Below, piece after piece: positions 1 through 8,786 of a stretch of DNA of 42,890 bases. The DNA is taken from assembly GCA_045594405.1 (NCBI GenBank), contig JAZNYN010000150.1, positions 1-42,890 of the forward strand, in the 5' to 3' direction. The stretch is from Anaeroplasma sp. Its GTDB lineage: Bacteria > Bacillota_I > Bacilli_A > Acholeplasmatales > Anaeroplasmataceae. Position numbers and translations under genes: made by a program. The notes under the pieces are model-generated. The model did not search any database. It was not told the DNA's origin and saw only the letters and a program-made list of their open reading frames with translations. How positions within the stretch are numbered: position 1 is the stretch's first letter; each line of letters starts with the position of its first letter.

Positions 1-129
1 TTAGTTGTTGCTGAAGATTCAAACAACAGAGCATTCGGTACTAGTGCAACTTCTACTTATAACAATTTCTCAGCATATGACGCTTCTGGTTCATACAATT
101 GGGGTCAATTCAACGAGGTTGCTGCTTAA
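1..129 (+). CDS. 3' end of a CDS entering from the left (product unknown)
   Basis: Frame 1 is open from base 1 (LVVAEDSNNRAFGTSATSTYNNFSAYDASGSYNWGQFNEVAA) to TAA at 127-129, followed by a terminator. Confidence 0.75.
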   Translation, partial: LVVAEDSNNRAFGTSATSTYNNFSAYDASGSYNWGQFNEVAA

Positions 130-150
130 TTTAATATCGAATTAAGATTT

Positions 151-182
151 ATAGAGGGGATTAATTTCTCCTCTATTTTTTG
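151..182 (+). terminator. Intrinsic terminator
   Basis: ATAGAGGGGA-ttaatt-TCTCCTCTAT hairpin followed by a T-run. Confidence 0.8.
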
Positions 183-224
183 ATAAAAAAAGAAAAACCC
201 CATCCTTATATTATATAAATATAT

Positions 225-252
225 TAGACTTTTTATAAAAATGTGCTATAAT
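225..252 (+). promoter_or_regulatory. SigA-type promoter with extended -10
   Basis: TAGACT-16 nt-TATAAT with TGn just before the -10, about 30 nt upstream of ATG 282. Confidence 0.55.
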
Positions 253-281
253 AAAACGGCACAAAGAAAGAAGTTGATTTT

Positions 282-1442
282 ATGAAAAAAATATATTCAA
301 TCCTATCATTAATAATTATTTCATTGACTTTAGCATCATGTGGCAACAAGTCTTCATTGATTATTACTACATATCTTGAGGGTACTGGTAGCAATCAATG
401 TATTGAAATATATAATAATTCTGATAAAAATATTAATTTAAAAAATTATTCAATTAATATATATAACAACTCTGGAGGAGTAAAGCGTTCAGTTGATCTT
501 AGTGGTAAGCTTGCTGCCCATACTTGTTATGTTGTTGTTAATGAGCTTGCAGAGGAAGAATTACTTCAAAAGGCAGATCTTGCATCACCTAATTTAGTGT
601 TTGGCGGTATGGAGGGTATAGCTATTGCCTATAAGGACAAGGTTATAGATGCCTTCGGAAATGTAGGTATGAGAAATGACAATAAGGACATTACTTATTT
701 AAGAAAGATGGAGCATAAGGAAGCAAAAACTGTTTTTGATTACTACGATTATATAATTTATGATGTTAACTATTATAAGTATCTTGGCGTTTATGAAACA
801 TCAGTTACAGAAGAAGAATTATTAGAGGGGCCAAAGTTTGATCCAGCCTATTTAGAAAATGATTTTATTTTACAAAGTGACTCTATTACAAAGATGGGCG
901 GAGGAGGTGCCGTTGAGGTAAAGCTTCATAAAAATGTTGATGGAGACACAACATACTTTGTATTTCCAGATGAGCTAGATATTACTACATTTGTTAATCC
1001 TGATAATATTATTTATGAAAATAATCAACCATCAACAAAGGTTAGATACCAGGACATCAACACTCCTGAAACATTTGCAGGTGGTATTGAGGAATGGGGC
1101 TGGCCAGCTAAGCTATATACTGCTGATGTACAATCTAAAGCTGATCGCATTTATATTCAAAGTGTTCTAGGAGATTCCTTATTATGTACTTATGGAAGAA
1201 TTCTTGGATATGTATTTGTACAAAATGGTGATGATTCGTTTTGTGTAAACTTTATGTTAATTAAGCAAGGATATTCAACTATTGCTGTAAATACGGCTTT
1301 AGATATGAAATATAAGGATGTAACATATTATGGTTATTTACAAAATGCAATGTATTATGCAGAGCGCAATGGATTAGGCATTCATGGAAATATGCTAGAT
1401 CCACATTGGAATTATGTTTTAAATAAATCTAAATATGCATAA
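282..1442 (+). CDS. Lipoprotein with lamin-tail-like domain and C-terminal thermonuclease (SNase) domain
   Basis: Lipobox LASC. N-terminal YLEG..NQCIEIYN...INLKNYSI is typical of lamin-tail domains. SNase motifs VDGDT, KVRYQDINTPET, YGRILGYV, VNFMLIKQGY, AERNGLGIH. Confidence 0.85.
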   Translation: MKKIYSILSLIIISLTLASCGNKSSLIITTYLEGTGSNQCIEIYNNSDKNINLKNYSINIYNNSGGVKRSVDLSGKLAAHTCYVVVNELAEEELLQKADLASPNLVFGGMEGIAIAYKDKVIDAFGNVGMRNDNKDITYLRKMEHKEAKTVFDYYDYIIYDVNYYKYLGVYETSVTEEELLEGPKFDPAYLENDFILQSDSITKMGGGGAVEVKLHKNVDGDTTYFVFPDELDITTFVNPDNIIYENNQPSTKVRYQDINTPETFAGGIEEWGWPAKLYTADVQSKADRIYIQSVLGDSLLCTYGRILGYVFVQNGDDSFCVNFMLIKQGYSTIAVNTALDMKYKDVTYYGYLQNAMYYAERNGLGIHGNMLDPHWNYVLNKSKYA

Positions 1443-1448
1443 TAAAAT

Positions 1449-1483
1449 ATCACATTAGTTTTTAGCTAATGTGATTTTCTTTT
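1449..1483 (+). terminator. Intrinsic terminator
   Basis: ATCACATTAGTT / AGCTAATGTGAT stem followed by TTTCTTTT. Confidence 0.8.
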
Positions 1484-1583
1484 CCTATAATGACAAATAA
1501 TAAGAAAGAGTTTTTATTGTTTTAAAGTACAATAAGTGCTAAAATTATAATGTATTAAATCCACAAGAAAAGGGGATGAGTAT

Positions 1584-2477
1584 ATGGATAATAAAAACAA
1601 TATGAAGGCCTGGCTATATTTGTTACCATCTTTATTTTTCCTTGGTGCATTTATGCTTTATCCGTTAATTGATGTATTTATTTATTCTTTTGAAGAAAAC
1701 TTTAAATTTACCACACAAACATATACAGGAATAGGCTTTGAAAATTATGTTTATATATTCAATGATTATAAATTTTTAGATGCAATCAAAAACACATTCT
1801 TAATTGTAATCATTACAGTACCATTATCTACAATAATCGCTTTATTGGTTGCGGTAGCATTAAATGCCATCAAACCACTTAAGGCAGTATTTCAAACTAT
1901 ATTCTTCCTACCTTATGTGACTAATGCTTTAGCAGTAGGTTTAGTATTTATGATTATTTTCGATATGACACCAGATACTATAGGTGTGGTTAATACAGTT
2001 TTAGGCTGGTTTGGAATAGATGCTATAGATTGGTTAAATGGTGCATATTGGAGCAAGATGTTTGTTTTATGTACATACATCATTTGGAATGTAATGCCAT
2101 TTAAGATTTTAGTATTAGTAGGTGCATTACAATCTGTTAAGAAGGAAATCTATGATGCAGCTAAGGTTGATGCAGCATCAAAGACTCGACGTTTCTTTAA
2201 GATTACTGTTCCAATGATATCACCAATGCTTTCTTATTTGGTAATTACGGGATTTATTGGAGCATTTAAGGAATATAATAATGCTGTTGGTATTTTTGGT
2301 GCTAACCTAAATCTTGCAGGTATGAACACTATTGTTGGTTGTGTATATGATTATTTATATTCTGTAACTGGTGGATATCCTTCAAGAGCTGCAGCTGCAG
2401 CAATTGTGCTATTTGCTATAATTATGTCAATTACAGTAGTTAATCTATTTGTAAGTAAAAAGAAAGTTTATTATTAG
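1584..2477 (+). CDS. CUT1-family ABC importer permease 1 (UgpA/MalF-like)
   Basis: WLYLLPS start, FQTIFFLPYVT, EAA-loop variant IYDAAKVDAA..RRFFKITVPMISP, about 6 TM segments. Confidence 0.92.
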   Translation: MDNKNNMKAWLYLLPSLFFLGAFMLYPLIDVFIYSFEENFKFTTQTYTGIGFENYVYIFNDYKFLDAIKNTFLIVIITVPLSTIIALLVAVALNAIKPLKAVFQTIFFLPYVTNALAVGLVFMIIFDMTPDTIGVVNTVLGWFGIDAIDWLNGAYWSKMFVLCTYIIWNVMPFKILVLVGALQSVKKEIYDAAKVDAASKTRRFFKITVPMISPMLSYLVITGFIGAFKEYNNAVGIFGANLNLAGMNTIVGCVYDYLYSVTGGYPSRAAAAAIVLFAIIMSITVVNLFVSKKKVYY

Positions 2478-2488
2478 GAGGATTATTT

Positions 2489-3370
2489 ATGGAAGCTACA
2501 CAAGATAAGTCTCTTAAGGTGACAATAAACAAGGACAAGGTTAAGTCTATCCTATTAAATATATTATTATATACATTTTTAACAGTTGGGGCATTATCAG
2601 TATTATTTCCATTTTATTGGATGCTTGCAACGTCAATGAAGACCTTTGCTGACTATACTAGCGAGCTAGTTCCAGCGTTCTTCCCTACTCATTTAACATT
2701 TGAAAATTATATAGAAGCATTAACCGCGGTGCCACTAGTTAAATATATGCTAAATACAATTTTATTTGCTACAGGAACTACAGCCATAATGCTTATTACA
2801 GTTATCTTTGCAGCCTTTGCGTTTGCAAGATTAGAATTCTATGGCAAGAATATTGTGTTTACTATTTATTTAGCAACTATGATGATTCCGATGGAATTAT
2901 TTACAATAACTAATTATGCAACTATTGTTAACTTAAATTTGAGAAATACATTTATAGGTTTAATATTCCCATCTGTAATGTCAGTATTCTATATTTATTT
3001 ATTAAGACAAAACTTTATGCAGGTGTCTGATTCATTATACTGGGCTGCTAAGGTTGATGGAACATCTGACTTTAAGTATTTGTTTAAGGTGCTTGTACCT
3101 ATTGCTAAGCCAACATTAATATCTATTGCAATATTAAAGTTTATTGAGTGTTGGAACTCATATGTATGGCCAAGATTAATTACTACAGATGATAATTACA
3201 ACTTAGTTTCAAATGGAATTCAAGTATTAAGAACATCGGGATTTGGTAGAGAAAATATACCTGCCATGATGGCTGCGGTAGTTATGATATCAATTCCACT
3301 TCTTGTTATTTTCATTATATTTAGAAAACAAATAATGAGTGGTGTTTCAAAGAGCGGAATAAAGGGGTAA
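2489..3370 (+). CDS. CUT1-family ABC importer permease 2 (UgpE/MalG-like)
   Basis: FPFYWM, AFAFARLEF, LRQNFMQV..SLYWAAKVDG, WNSYVWP motifs. Confidence 0.92.
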   Translation: MEATQDKSLKVTINKDKVKSILLNILLYTFLTVGALSVLFPFYWMLATSMKTFADYTSELVPAFFPTHLTFENYIEALTAVPLVKYMLNTILFATGTTAIMLITVIFAAFAFARLEFYGKNIVFTIYLATMMIPMELFTITNYATIVNLNLRNTFIGLIFPSVMSVFYIYLLRQNFMQVSDSLYWAAKVDGTSDFKYLFKVLVPIAKPTLISIAILKFIECWNSYVWPRLITTDDNYNLVSNGIQVLRTSGFGRENIPAMMAAVVMISIPLLVIFIIFRKQIMSGVSKSGIKG

Positions 3371-3375
3371 TAATT

Positions 3376-4773
3376 ATGAAAAGAAAAATATTGGTATTAG
3401 CATTGTTATCTACTTTGTTTATAAGCTTAGCAAGCTGTCATGGAAAGAAGTATATTCCTAATTTTGTGTGTCCAGACACATTTGATGATACACAGGAATA
3501 TAATATTACCTTCTGGGCAAAGAACGATAGCAATCCAACTCAAAGAAGAATTTTTGAAGCCGCTATTGCAAGCTTCAATGAACATTATCCAAACATTCAT
3601 GTTGAGATATCTCACTATAGCTCGTATCCAGATTTATACCAAGCGGTGCTTCAAAATGTGGCAACAGGAACAACTCCAAATGTTGCAATATGTTATCCGG
3701 ATCACGTGGCTACATATTTAGAAAACCCAACGCTTGTTGTAGAATTAGATGAGCTAATGAATAATACAAGCTTTGGTTTAGGAGGAAGCGAGCTTAAGTT
3801 TGATGGAGCAAAGGAAGAGGATTTTGTTCAACAATATATTCAAGAGGGATATATAAAATCAGAAGGTTTAAATAAGCTATATACTCTACCATTTATGCGT
3901 TCTACTGAATGCTTATATGTTAACAAAACATATTTAGAGGATAATGGATTTGAAATTCCTAAAAATAACATTTTCTCATGGGACTATGTTTGGGAGATTT
4001 GTAGATATGCTTATGAGGATTCTAAAAGTATGATTCCGCTTATCTATAAATCAAGTGATAATTTCTTTATTCAATTGTGTAAGCAATATGGTTATAGCTA
4101 TACAACAGATGATGGTGATATATTATTTTCTAGTGAGAACACTAAAAAGATGATCATGGATTTAAATGGTCTATATAAAGAAAATCTATTTGTTACTTGG
4201 CAAAATACTGGCTATTATCCTGGTGATAAGTTTAATGGTGGAACAACGATATTTGGTATAGATTCATCTGCAGGCTCTACTTGGATTGGACCATCTTCAC
4301 CGCTTGGTGCTTTGGGCAACAAGGACTTTGAGGTTTTAGTTACTACAATACCTCAGGTTGATGTTAATAATCCTGTAGTTATTTCACAAGGCCCTTCCTT
4401 ATGTGTATTTAACAAAGAAAACCAACAAGAGGTTTTAGCATCTTGGATATTTATGCAATATTTATTAACTGATGAGGTTCAGGTTAATTTTGCAAAGACA
4501 GAAGGGTATTCTCCTGTTACTGATACAGCAATTTATTCTTCTGAATTTCAAGCATTCTTAAATGCTCCTGAAACATATTCAGTGCAAAGAGATGCAATAC
4601 TTAATGTAATAGAATACCGTGATAAAACATTTATCACACCTGCATTTAATGGCTCTGCGTTAGTTCGTGGTAATGTAGGAGATTTATTAGATAAAGCTAC
4701 TAAGAGTAAGAAAAAGGACATCGATGTTGATGACCTATTTGCCAAGGCTTTATTAGATTCAGGCGTGCAATAA
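3376..4773 (+). CDS. ABC substrate-binding lipoprotein (family 1; resembles the Mollicutes P80/lipoprotein-X type)
   Basis: Lipobox LASC; ITFW, FNEHYPNIHVEI, LPFMRSTE, DSSAG, QGPSLCVF, SWIFMQYL, GYSPVT; directly follows the two permeases. Confidence 0.88.
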   Translation: MKRKILVLALLSTLFISLASCHGKKYIPNFVCPDTFDDTQEYNITFWAKNDSNPTQRRIFEAAIASFNEHYPNIHVEISHYSSYPDLYQAVLQNVATGTTPNVAICYPDHVATYLENPTLVVELDELMNNTSFGLGGSELKFDGAKEEDFVQQYIQEGYIKSEGLNKLYTLPFMRSTECLYVNKTYLEDNGFEIPKNNIFSWDYVWEICRYAYEDSKSMIPLIYKSSDNFFIQLCKQYGYSYTTDDGDILFSSENTKKMIMDLNGLYKENLFVTWQNTGYYPGDKFNGGTTIFGIDSSAGSTWIGPSSPLGALGNKDFEVLVTTIPQVDVNNPVVISQGPSLCVFNKENQQEVLASWIFMQYLLTDEVQVNFAKTEGYSPVTDTAIYSSEFQAFLNAPETYSVQRDAILNVIEYRDKTFITPAFNGSALVRGNVGDLLDKATKSKKKDIDVDDLFAKALLDSGVQ

Positions 4774-4796
4774 CGTCATTAAAAACGGTTACTATC

Positions 4797-4825
4797 TTGA
4801 AGAATAGAATTAACTATTCTATAAT
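4797..4825 (+). promoter_or_regulatory. SigA-type promoter
   Basis: TTGAAG-17 nt-TATAAT upstream of ATG 4871. Confidence 0.6.
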
Positions 4826-4870
4826 AAAGATGTAGCAATACAAAAAAAACTATAAAGGGGAAAATAAGAA

Positions 4871-6550
4871 ATGAAAAAGAAAAATTTATTTGCCTTATTT
4901 GGAATTGTGGCAGTATTCGCATTAGCTGCATGTAACAACAACGATAATCCAAATCCTAGTGGAGATGATCCAGAAGAGGTTGTTAATTATACTGTTACAT
5001 TTAATACAAATGGAGGCTCTAGCGTAGATTCAGTTCAAGTAGAAGAGGGTAAGAAGGTTTCAAAGCCTGCAGATCCAACTAAGAGCTATTATGAGTTTGT
5101 TGGTTGGTATACAGGATTAGAATCAACTGTAAAGTTTGATTTTGATGCTGCTATTACTGAAGATGTTACTGTATATGCAAGATGGAATATCATAGATGTT
5201 ATGTCTTATGAGGATTTCATGGATGCAGAAGCAGGTGACGAGGTATGCATTAAGGGTATTATCTCTGCTAAGCAAAGCTGGTGGGATAACAAGGTAACTA
5301 TGTATTTAGCTACTGAAAACCCAGGTGAAGGCTATTTCCTATATGAATTCCAATGTACTCAAGAAGAAAATGATACTGATTATGCAATCGGTAATACATT
5401 AGTTGTATATGGTGAAAAGAGTATTTATGCTGAAGAGCATGAAATTGCAGGTTCTGATATTGATTATGAATTAACTCAAATTTCTAACGAAACATTAAGA
5501 GAAGCTATTATTGATGTAACTTCTTCAGTAGATTCAGAGGATTTATTTGCATATCAAAATTCTAAATTTACTGCAACATTAGCTGTTAAGGAATACACTA
5601 CAACAGATACTAATGCTAACGTAGCTGAAAATGGTGCTTATGGTTATAAGGGCGACGCTCCTACTGATGATTTATATTTCACATTAGTAGATGCAAACGG
5701 TAATGAATTAGCATGCTGTGTTGAAAAGTATTTAACTTCTGCTTATGAAACAGTTAAGGCTGCAATTATGAGTGAAGATTTTACAGTTGGTGCTTTAGTT
5801 AAGGTTGAAGGCTATATGTATTGGTGGAACGGAGCTAACCCTCATATTACATCAATTGAATTTGGTCAAGAGGATGCAGTTTATGAAACTTTCATGTCAA
5901 CTGAAGATGGTGAAGAGGTTGAGGTTTATGGCTTCTTAATTTCTAAGACTACTTATTGGAATGGTACAAACCTATACCTTGCAGGCTCACAAGCTGGTGA
6001 AGGTTATTATGTATATGAATACGCTTGTTCACAAGAGGTATTTGATACTTTAGTTGTTAACTTAAATGATCCAATTTATGTTAAGGTTAATGGTACAAAG
6101 GCATCTTATGCTGGTATGCAAGAAATCATAGATGCAACAGTAACTATCGTTGAAACAGAAAAGACAATGAACGGTTTAGAAATTGAAAACATTGGTGAAA
6201 TCAATGAAAATCTAATGTCTTCTGCATTTGTTGGTGAATTCGAGGTTGTAAGCTTCACTACAACAGATAACAATGTAACTATAGCTGAAAATGGTGCTTA
6301 TGGTTATAAGGGTGATGAACCTACTGATGACCTATATTTCAATGTTAAGGATGAAAATGGCAATATCCTACGTTGCTGTGTAGAAACATATGTAGATTAT
6401 GAAGCTATTGGTGGCGTTACTTATAAGCCATTATTATACACTAACGTTCAAGAATTATCAGTTGGTGATAAGGTTAGAATCCAAGGCTTTATGTATTGGT
6501 GGTATGGAGCAAATCCTCATATCGTTTCAGTAGAGGTAATTGAAGACTAA
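4871..6550 (+). CDS. Lipoprotein: InlB B-repeat plus two tandem ~220-aa units of probable OB-fold-like beta domains
   Basis: Lipobox LAAC; YTVTFNTNGGS...KPADPTK..YEFVGWY...VYARW is a B-repeat (Flg_new); clear internal duplication. The OB-fold assignment is inferred. Confidence 0.75.
   Translation: MKKKNLFALFGIVAVFALAACNNNDNPNPSGDDPEEVVNYTVTFNTNGGSSVDSVQVEEGKKVSKPADPTKSYYEFVGWYTGLESTVKFDFDAAITEDVTVYARWNIIDVMSYEDFMDAEAGDEVCIKGIISAKQSWWDNKVTMYLATENPGEGYFLYEFQCTQEENDTDYAIGNTLVVYGEKSIYAEEHEIAGSDIDYELTQISNETLREAIIDVTSSVDSEDLFAYQNSKFTATLAVKEYTTTDTNANVAENGAYGYKGDAPTDDLYFTLVDANGNELACCVEKYLTSAYETVKAAIMSEDFTVGALVKVEGYMYWWNGANPHITSIEFGQEDAVYETFMSTEDGEEVEVYGFLISKTTYWNGTNLYLAGSQAGEGYYVYEYACSQEVFDTLVVNLNDPIYVKVNGTKASYAGMQEIIDATVTIVETEKTMNGLEIENIGEINENLMSSAFVGEFEVVSFTTTDNNVTIAENGAYGYKGDEPTDDLYFNVKDENGNILRCCVETYVDYEAIGGVTYKPLLYTNVQELSVGDKVRIQGFMYWWYGANPHIVSVEVIED
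5207..6547 (+). repeat. Intragenic tandem duplication, unit about 660-675 bp
   Basis: Identical 31-mer TAGCTGAAAATGGTGCTTATGGTTATAAGGG at 5622-5652 and 6282-6312; repeated peptides AENGAYGYKGD.PTDDLYF, CCVE.Y, G.MYWW.GANPHI. Confidence 0.95.
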
Positions 6551-6564
6551 TATAAATAGATGGT

Positions 6565-6597
6565 GCTGTGAAGCTTTTGTGCTTTGCAGCCCTTTTT
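6565..6597 (+). terminator. Intrinsic terminator
   Basis: GCTGTGAAGC-ttttgt-GCTTTGCAGC (G-U pairs) then CCTTTTT. Confidence 0.7.
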
Positions 6598-6637
6598 ATT
6601 TGTGATTAAATAAATATAAGAAGCGACGGTGTACGAT

Positions 6638-6721
6638 ATGATAGAAATAAAAAATCTGACAAAAATTTATAAAAACAAGGACAAAAGGGTTAAAGAAACA
6701 AGAGCTTTAGATGATAAATAA
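6638..6721 (+). pseudogene. N-terminal remnant of an ABC-transporter ATP-binding protein
   Basis: MIEIKNLTKIYKNKDKRVKETRALDDK* matches the usual ABC ATPase start (I.IKNLTK.Y...ALD.) but stops before Walker A. Confidence 0.75.
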
Positions 6722-6742
6722 GGACACATTTGTGTCCTTTTT
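6720..6742 (+). terminator. Intrinsic terminator
   Basis: AAGGACAC-attt-GTGTCCTT followed by TTT. Confidence 0.75.
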
Positions 6743-6830
6743 CCTTTCTCGTTATTTTATTTAAATATTAATTATGTTAAAATAAAAATAAATATGAAAG
6801 GAACTCTATTTGCGAGGTAAAGGTGATATT

Positions 6831-7244
6831 ATGAACTTATTAATTTCTTGTTATAACGAAAATAACGAAGTGTTATTTGAAAACGAATTTAACGGACAAG
6901 CATTTTATGAATCAATGTTTTGGCAAATATCTGACAAAATAGGTATTACTAAAATGAGTATTGAAATGAGAAAAAATTCTAGAGAAGCTTTTGAGATGAG
7001 ACTAAATAGAAAAATTACCGATGAGGAAAAAGCAAAGACACTTGCTTCACCAAAGGTAAAGGAAGAAGTAAAGGCTGTTTTAGAAATCGCTATGACTGAT
7101 TTTAAGCGCTTTGAGGGTGAGGAGATAAACTTCGTCACTTCATCTATGTCAGGGCTTAAAATCGGCTGTATGGAGGATATTAATAGCTGGCTAGAGGAAA
7201 TAGATTTGTCAGCTGTAAAAGCGATAGAGTTTAAGAAAATATAG
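6831..7244 (+). CDS. Hypothetical protein (137 aa)
   Basis: ATG 6831 follows an AAAGGTGA RBS (preferred over TTG 6810); ends 11 nt before the next gene; no motif recognised. Confidence 0.75.
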   Translation: MNLLISCYNENNEVLFENEFNGQAFYESMFWQISDKIGITKMSIEMRKNSREAFEMRLNRKITDEEKAKTLASPKVKEEVKAVLEIAMTDFKRFEGEEINFVTSSMSGLKIGCMEDINSWLEEIDLSAVKAIEFKKI

Positions 7245-7255
7245 GAGGATGAATA

Positions 7256-8773
7256 ATGAAAAAGATTAGAAAGCTAATTTGCGCAATAGTATGTGCTTTT
7301 TCTGTAATTGCGTTAGGAGCTTGTGATTTACAAGCGATTTTAGGTGGATTACTAAATAACACTGCAGATATTAATTATTATATTGATGGCGAATTTTTTG
7401 GCTACATTGAGGTAAATGTAGGAGATGAAATCATTTTAAATCTTGATGATATTTATGTTGAGGATGATGAAACATTACATAATCACATTCACACAATATT
7501 AAAGGAAAATCAAGAGTTTGATTATTGGTATATAGATAATGCTTATACAAATAAGGCTGTAGAGGGAACACTTGTAGAAGAGGATGTTAATCTATACGGT
7601 AGAATTGTAGATAAGACTCCAGCCGGTGGAGAAAACGGTGGAGAAGTTGGTGGAGAAACTCCATCAACTGGTATTGTTGACAATATTGTATATGAGGATT
7701 TACAACTACACTTCTTAGAACTAGGAAATAGTTATTCCGGAGATTGCACATATATTAAAGCCGGTGATGTAGATATTTTAATTGATGCAGGCTCTAGACA
7801 AGGAAGCGCTACAACAATCAAAGCATATCTTGATCAATATGTTATAGATGGTAAGCTTGAATATGTTATTGCAACACATGCTCACCAGGATCACATTGCA
7901 GGCTTTGTTGGTAACAAGAGTGGTGATACTAGAACAGGTATCTTATATCAATACGAGATTGGAACTTTAATTGATTTTTCATTAACTGATGTTACATCTC
8001 AGCTATACGGCAATTACTTAACAGCGGTAGAGTATTGTGTAGAAAAAGGAACTACTCACTATACTGCAGATCAATGCTGGGAGGAAACTGGCGGTGCATC
8101 AAGAAGCTATAATTTAACAGATGAAATATCTTTAAATATTTTATACAATAAATATTATTTTGAAGAAGCATCAGATGAAAATGATTATTCAGTATGTACA
8201 TTAATAAGCTATAATGATCATCACTTTATGCTGACCGGAGATTTAGAGCTTGAAGGTGAAGAGGCTTTAGCTGAATATTATGATGGGTCAACACCAGAAA
8301 AGACTTTACCACACTGCGTACTATTTAAGGGCGGACACCATGGCTCTGGTTCTTCAACAAATGATTGCTTATTATCTTTAATTACTCCAGAAATCGTTAC
8401 TATCTGCACATGTGCTGGTTCTACTGAATATACTGCAAACTATCTTAATATTTTCCCAACTCAAGCAATGATTACTAGAGTTGCAAAATATACTGATAGA
8501 GTATATGTTACTACAGTGTTTAATGAACAAACAGGTGAAGAAGAATCAATGAATGGTAACATTGTTATTTCTTCAAATGGTACAGCAATTGGTGTTTCTG
8601 CATCAAACAATATTACAAAGCTTAAGGATACAGCTTGGTTTAATCAAACAGTTTATGTAGTTTATGATTCAAAAAACAATCCATTAATTTGTTCTGGTTC
8701 TGGTAAGGAGGATTTCTATACCGCCGAAACAGAAGGAGCGGTTGCCTTACCAAGAAGAGTATGGCCTGAATAG
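7256..8773 (+). CDS. Lipoprotein with variant B-repeat and ComEC/Rec2-like metallo-beta-lactamase hydrolase domain
   Basis: GGAGG RBS, lipobox LGAC; LHFLELG..GDCTYI, ILIDAG, THAHQDH (HxHxDH), ENDYS, LTGD, GHHGS; no ComEC membrane channel domain. Confidence 0.85.
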   Translation: MKKIRKLICAIVCAFSVIALGACDLQAILGGLLNNTADINYYIDGEFFGYIEVNVGDEIILNLDDIYVEDDETLHNHIHTILKENQEFDYWYIDNAYTNKAVEGTLVEEDVNLYGRIVDKTPAGGENGGEVGGETPSTGIVDNIVYEDLQLHFLELGNSYSGDCTYIKAGDVDILIDAGSRQGSATTIKAYLDQYVIDGKLEYVIATHAHQDHIAGFVGNKSGDTRTGILYQYEIGTLIDFSLTDVTSQLYGNYLTAVEYCVEKGTTHYTADQCWEETGGASRSYNLTDEISLNILYNKYYFEEASDENDYSVCTLISYNDHHFMLTGDLELEGEEALAEYYDGSTPEKTLPHCVLFKGGHHGSGSSTNDCLLSLITPEIVTICTCAGSTEYTANYLNIFPTQAMITRVAKYTDRVYVTTVFNEQTGEEESMNGNIVISSNGTAIGVSASNNITKLKDTAWFNQTVYVVYDSKNNPLICSGSGKEDFYTAETEGAVALPRRVWPE

Positions 8774-8786
8774 GTAGGTTGAAATT

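Noticed and set aside
5622-6312. Identical 31-nt repeats as a CRISPR array or DGR template/variable repeat
   Set aside because: Only two copies, 660 bp apart and in frame within one duplicated protein; no cas or reverse transcriptase gene, and differences are not adenine-specific.
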